Positions 58,944 through 64,000 of a stretch of 64,000 nucleotides of DNA are shown one piece after another (within the stretch, counting starts at the first letter, position 1; each line of letters opens with the position of its first letter). The notes below the pieces were generated by a model. That model was not told where the DNA came from. It searched no databases and saw nothing but the letters and a program-made list of their open reading frames with translations. The translations under genes were made by a program, and so were the position numbers. This stretch comes from the human T2T-CHM13v2.0 reference genome, Homo sapiens. Location of the stretch: assembly GCF_009914755.1 (NCBI RefSeq), contig NC_060926.1. One strand, written 5' to 3'.

Positions 58944-60376
58944 TCCATTCTTAATTTTATCACTTAACATATTTGTATCTATATCTGAATCTCTATCTCA
59001 TTATGTATATAATGTCCCTAAAGTATATATTGCTCAATTTTACCTGTTTCTATAAACTTTATATAGATGTAATTTACCTGTATGTGGTTCTGTGACTTGC
59101 TTTGTTGGCTAAACATGATTTCTGGTAATGAGTCATGATAATGCACGTCGCTATAGTTCATCCATTTTCACTGCTGTATAATATTCTACTTAATGAATTG
59201 CATGGTATGACCTCCATTGGTTCTTCTAACGGCTGCATTATTTATTTTTTTCTGCCCACACTGGATATTATCTTGACATATTAAATGGGTAAGGACCTAA
59301 GTTGTGAATGATCAGGTTGTTCCAGGATGGAAGTTGTTATCCTTTGTGCAAACAGGGTTATTGCTCTCAAGGCTAGAACTGTTTGTGTGCTTTGTATTTT
59401 CACTTTCATTTTTTGCAGCTGGACTTCAGAGCAAGACCTAGGAAGCAAAGTGCAGTTCAGACAGTGGGTCCCGGGGGGGGGCCAGTTGTCAGAGAGCCCG
59501 GAGTTAGGTGTTTGAAGCCTAGTGAGCAGAGACCCATCCTGAGCATAAGGGCCAGGGCCAGGGACTTGGCCTTGGCCTTCAGGGAGCCCGCCCTTGTGTG
59601 GATAAGCGGGATTGAATCCTCAGATGAAAAGGAAGCAATCAATGGAGCTGTTTGCTCCTGCAGCTTCAGACAGCGCCATCTCTACCGGATCAAAAGAGCT
59701 CATCAACTCCCAGCCTCCATCACCGAAAAAGAAAGTCTCATCTCTGTCTGATAATACCTATTCATTGTTAAAAAGGAAAAATCCCAAATCCGTACATCCT
59801 CCTGACCCATGTGATACTGATACATACCTTTGATGTGTCCATTCAGATTAAAAATTCTTAACAAAATGATACATATTTTACATGTACAATCATTTCAAAA
59901 TATAGACTGTTCTGAGAATTGTTTGCAAATATGATCATAAAAAGTTGATTTTCTTGGAGACTTTAAAAAACTAGTTTGTTGTATTTGCTTTGTCAATCTC
60001 TATGTAAGTAATATATGTGTATTTTTGTGCCAAGCCATTTGAGATGCCCTGCAGGCCCCATGGTGCTTCAGCCTCCAGCACTGCTCCCTGTGTTTCTCAG
60101 ACCGAGGCCCCTCCTGTAAAAGGCTCTGAATCTCGCTTTCACCTGTGTGAATTGCACCACCCAAGGGGAGGGGTCCAGTTGCATTGGGCTTTTGTCCTTC
60201 GTTTTCCTGACCTGGGGACGGTCTCCTGGAAGCCTGACTTCCTGTTTGCTGAGGGTGGACTTTTCTTTGGGACCTGTTTGTCGAGTTGAGCCGGGAGCCA
60301 CAGTCATTCCCTCCCTGGGTATTGTGCGACCCTGCTCCCGCCTCCTCCCCCTCCCCCCCCCCGCCCCCTGCCCCTC

Positions 60377-60415
60377 GTTGGGTGTTGGGTGTTGGGTGTT
60401 GGGTGTTGGGTGTTG
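60377..60415. repeat. (GGGTGTT)5 heptamer repeat
   Basis: Direct reading. Confidence 0.92.
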
Positions 60416-63400
60416 AGTAGCCCAGGGCTTCTCTTTCCTGGCTGGGATGCAGGCAGTAGTCATATCATCACAGTCATCAACAGCCAAAGTGACTCAGTGT
60501 CGCCCACAGGTTCTGAGTGGGGGCTTGACTGAGCCAGGCAGCATCAGTGAGAAATGCCTAGTCGGAAGGTACCCGTTGTTCAGGATGAAGTTAGTGGCTT
60601 CCCTGCCATTCGGTTTCCACTCCAGGAGAGAGTTGAATCAGAGCCTGGAATTCTGGCTGATGGGCTGTGTCCCCGTGTACGGGGAGAACTGCTGGTTTCA
60701 GTCTTAACCAGGGGACGAAGGACATGGCAGAGCATCCAGAGAAGAAGCTGGGGCTCGGCCTGGTCTACCTGGCTGGGAAGAACCGTGCTGGATTGAGCTC
60801 TGCAGCAAGGGCTGTGGCTGGCCGGGGGTGTTTCCCCGGCCTCTCCCCAGCCTGGAGCTGTGGCGCAGGTGCCTGATTACAGTGCTTGGGAGAGCAGTGA
60901 GGGCAGGTGGGGGGTTGACCTCACTCTCCAAGGATCTGTGTTTCCTGGAGCCCTTCTTCCCTGCAGGCCTAGGAGGCTGGGCTGAAACCACCTCGGGCCT
61001 GTGCATCTGTAGGAACAGCACGAGAGCTCCTTGGAGTGGTAGTGTCAGGGCGGTAGCCATCTGAGCTCACACTGGCCCTAGGGGCTGTACTTTGGGGTAT
61101 CCAGGGGCAACACGTGCCCTCTAAAAGCATAGACCTGTCAGGGAATCACGGGATGGTTCCAGGGTAATATCTGGTCAAGGGCTTGCGGCAGATAGGAAGA
61201 GTTCTCTCTCTGCCGCCTGTGCCCAGGCCACTGCTGTGGCCTAGATCGGGTTGGCTCTGGCCGTGCCCCATTCCTCATGTGCTGGCTATTGAGTCACCCC
61301 CTGCCCCCACTTTAAACAAGCATGTTTGAATGCAGAGCGATTCGTGGTGACAGTTTCATAAGGCTAACGTTGAATATGCTCAAATGCTTAAAAGGCATTT
61401 CATTTGTGAATGGCAGCATGTCTTTATGAGGGGTGACAGATTGCTCAGATATGACTTTCCCTGGTTTTCAGGAGGGGTCTCTTCCTGTCCAGTGGTCCAG
61501 GGCTGGTCAGGCGGTGTGGCAGGAACGGAGCCAGCAGACTCCCTCTTGGTAAAATTGTGCAAGAAACGCACCACCTAGGTTTGTGCCTCCTGCCGTTGCT
61601 TACGAGGTTCTGAGTCCCGCAGGGACTGGCTTTCTTCCTCTGTAGGAGTTTCCTACCATGTAAGTTTTAGAAGGAAAGGATACTCTTTGGGGCCTCAGCG
61701 GTCCCCTTAGGCTGAGCATCTGAACCTTCCCGTGGTCCGTGTGGCTGGAAGGAGGCTTCCATCGCTGGAAATCCATTTCTCAAGGCGAGGAGCCAGCCGG
61801 GCCGACCACGGAGCCCCTTCCTCTATTATGCACGAAGTCATCCAGGTGTCATCCCATCAGTGGTCCACCAAGGTGGGACAGTGCAGCTTGGGCCGGGCAG
61901 AGGTGGGGAGGCCTGCTGGGTACCCCTGCTGGATTGTAGATGGCCCCCAAAACCAATGCTGCCTCTCACAGGAAGCCCTTCGCCTGAGGCTCTCCCACAC
62001 TGCAACTGTCAAACTCGAATTTCCAGTTGATGTAAAATCTGTCTTCCTACTGGAATGTTGACTTGAGGGGACCTTTCATCTCAGATTTCAGACTTGCTTT
62101 GTTTCTGTTGGGTCACGTTGCTGTCTTCTCAATACTCGAGTATTCTTGGTGTGGTGGGGAAGTTTTTGAGTTAAATTTGAATAGTTTTAAAATTTAGGTT
62201 TGAGTTTAGCAGTATTCTAACGGGGTAAGGCGTCACTTGACATACTGATAAATCTTTTACATTCTATATAGTGGAATTAGACAATTTTCTGAACCTTCCG
62301 TCCCAACCTTCCATCCCTTACCCTGGTTCTTGCTACTTTGTTGTTTAGATCATGGTCTGTTAGCGGAAATATGACTCCATGTGGTCCATGATATGGGCAC
62401 CTTACAAGTTATTCTAAATAATGGCACTTAGGTTCAAAGGGCTTGTTAATAATAGTGCCATTGAGGAAAATCATTTGGGCCATCACCCCCTTCTCATGTT
62501 GAAAATAGCGTTAAGTGTTCAAGAGTGTGATCGGTGAAACACAGCTTAATTCAGCTCTACAGGTGTGAGTATTTAGCCCTGGAAAGGAAGGAATGATTAT
62601 TGCAGGGTTAGAAGGTTCAGGAGAACAGTGCCTCCCTCCTAGTCACAGTTCTGCAGGGCTGGCGTGTGAGCCCTTACTTAGAGGTTTACTTATAGGAAGT
62701 TTGAGACTGAGCCAGAACCTTTCTGGGTCTCTTGCACCTGCGGGGGAAGTAGTAGCAGCTGGGGTTTTCTGCTTTAGCACATTGTTAGTTTTACTCCGAC
62801 TCCGTTGCTGTTTCCCAGAGTCATTTGCTCTTTCTGAAGACACTGGCCCGTGGGCGTCACTGCCCTTAGTGGAGTTCCTTCCTGGAGGCTCTCCCTGCAG
62901 ATTCTGCCTCTGGAAATCAACACGTATTGCCCCTGTGCTCCCCCGGATTACTTGGCTGGAGTCCTCTTTCCCTCCTGTCACCTGCAGTGGCATTCTTCTT
63001 CCAGCCTGTGGGATGTTGCTTTATGCTGGACAGAGCTGGATTCTGTCTTGGCTCTGCTGGTGCTGAAAGTTCCCCAGGCCCAGGACCACCATCCACACAC
63101 CTCCGATATCTGGTGAAGCACCAGGCATCGTAGGCATTGCTGAGTATTTGGGTGACTGACTTCTGAGCATGAAGGCAGGGAGGGTCCCCTCTGTCTGGAT
63201 GGTACCCCACCCTTCGCCCCTAGGCACCTTGGCCAGACCCTCCTCATTCTTCAAGATTCAGCAGCCCTTGCCTTCTGTGAGGAGTGAGTTAGGTTTCATC
63301 TGTGCCCAGCTGTGCTGTGTGCTTTGCAAATGAACTGGAACAGTCTGTCTGTGAAGGGGATGTCAGAAATTCAAGGATGGGGGACAGCTGTCATCAAAGC

Positions 63401-64000
63401 AGGCCACACCAATCTGGGCTGTTCTGCTAGAATTCAGTTGATTTCTTATTTTGTGTGACTGTTGTTCATCCGAGCCCAAGGTAGAGCTGCAGGAACCCCA
63501 TGTCTGAGTGTCCAGCAGGCCCGCAGGCCCTCGGGTGCCACCTGATGGGGCCATCCTGCCTTTTCAGGTCCTTGATTATATCCCACAAAGAGAAATAGAT
63601 GGCTTAAAAGTCTTTTTCAGAGGCAGAAGGGACAAGAAAAGTGGAAGTGTAGTCTGGAAGTAGCCAGGTTTTAAGTTAACCAGGTTACACTCTTGGTGGT
63701 TCCTGGCGTCCTATCAAGAGAAGGAATTATGGCCCCAGAGCTGTGCCTGGGACCCGCATGTCTGTCACAGATCTCTGCTGGGAAGCCAGGCTGTGGCCCT
63801 TCCAAGGTGAATGGTGGTTTCCATCCAGGGTTCAGGTTTCTTAGCAGCTAGTGGTGACGGTCAGGGTGTGAGTGTGGGGACGTGGCTGGCGTGGTGACGG
63901 GTGTGTGGGGGCATCATTGGGAGTGATGGCGATGGCTTGTCTTCTCACCGGCCGGTTTGGAGTCCAGAACCACATGAATGACCTCAGGGTGGGTCAGAAC

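Overview
Human genomic DNA (two AluYa5 elements, a human-specific subfamily, are present) covering about 11 kb of repeat-dense upstream sequence, the CpG-island promoter and first coding exon (12182-12344, + strand) of AGAP1 (centaurin-gamma2, 2q37), and about 52 kb of its very long intron 1. I found no second coding exon. The rest is Alu, L1, L2, MIR, MaLR/ERV LTRs, hAT DNA transposons and several mini- and microsatellites. Main observations: (1) two near-identical AluYa5 copies share two non-consensus bases and sit in the same older Alu, each with its own TSD; (2) three uORFs precede the CDS, one an ATG-AAC-TGA mini-uORF in frame with AGAP1 and separated from it by a single stop; (3) an interrupted CTG/CAG tract lies inside an antisense polyQ ORF; (4) four structurally distinct VNTRs. 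I see no convincing novel multi-gene system. Repeat subfamily names come from recalled consensus sequences, not a search, and boundaries without TSDs are approximate.
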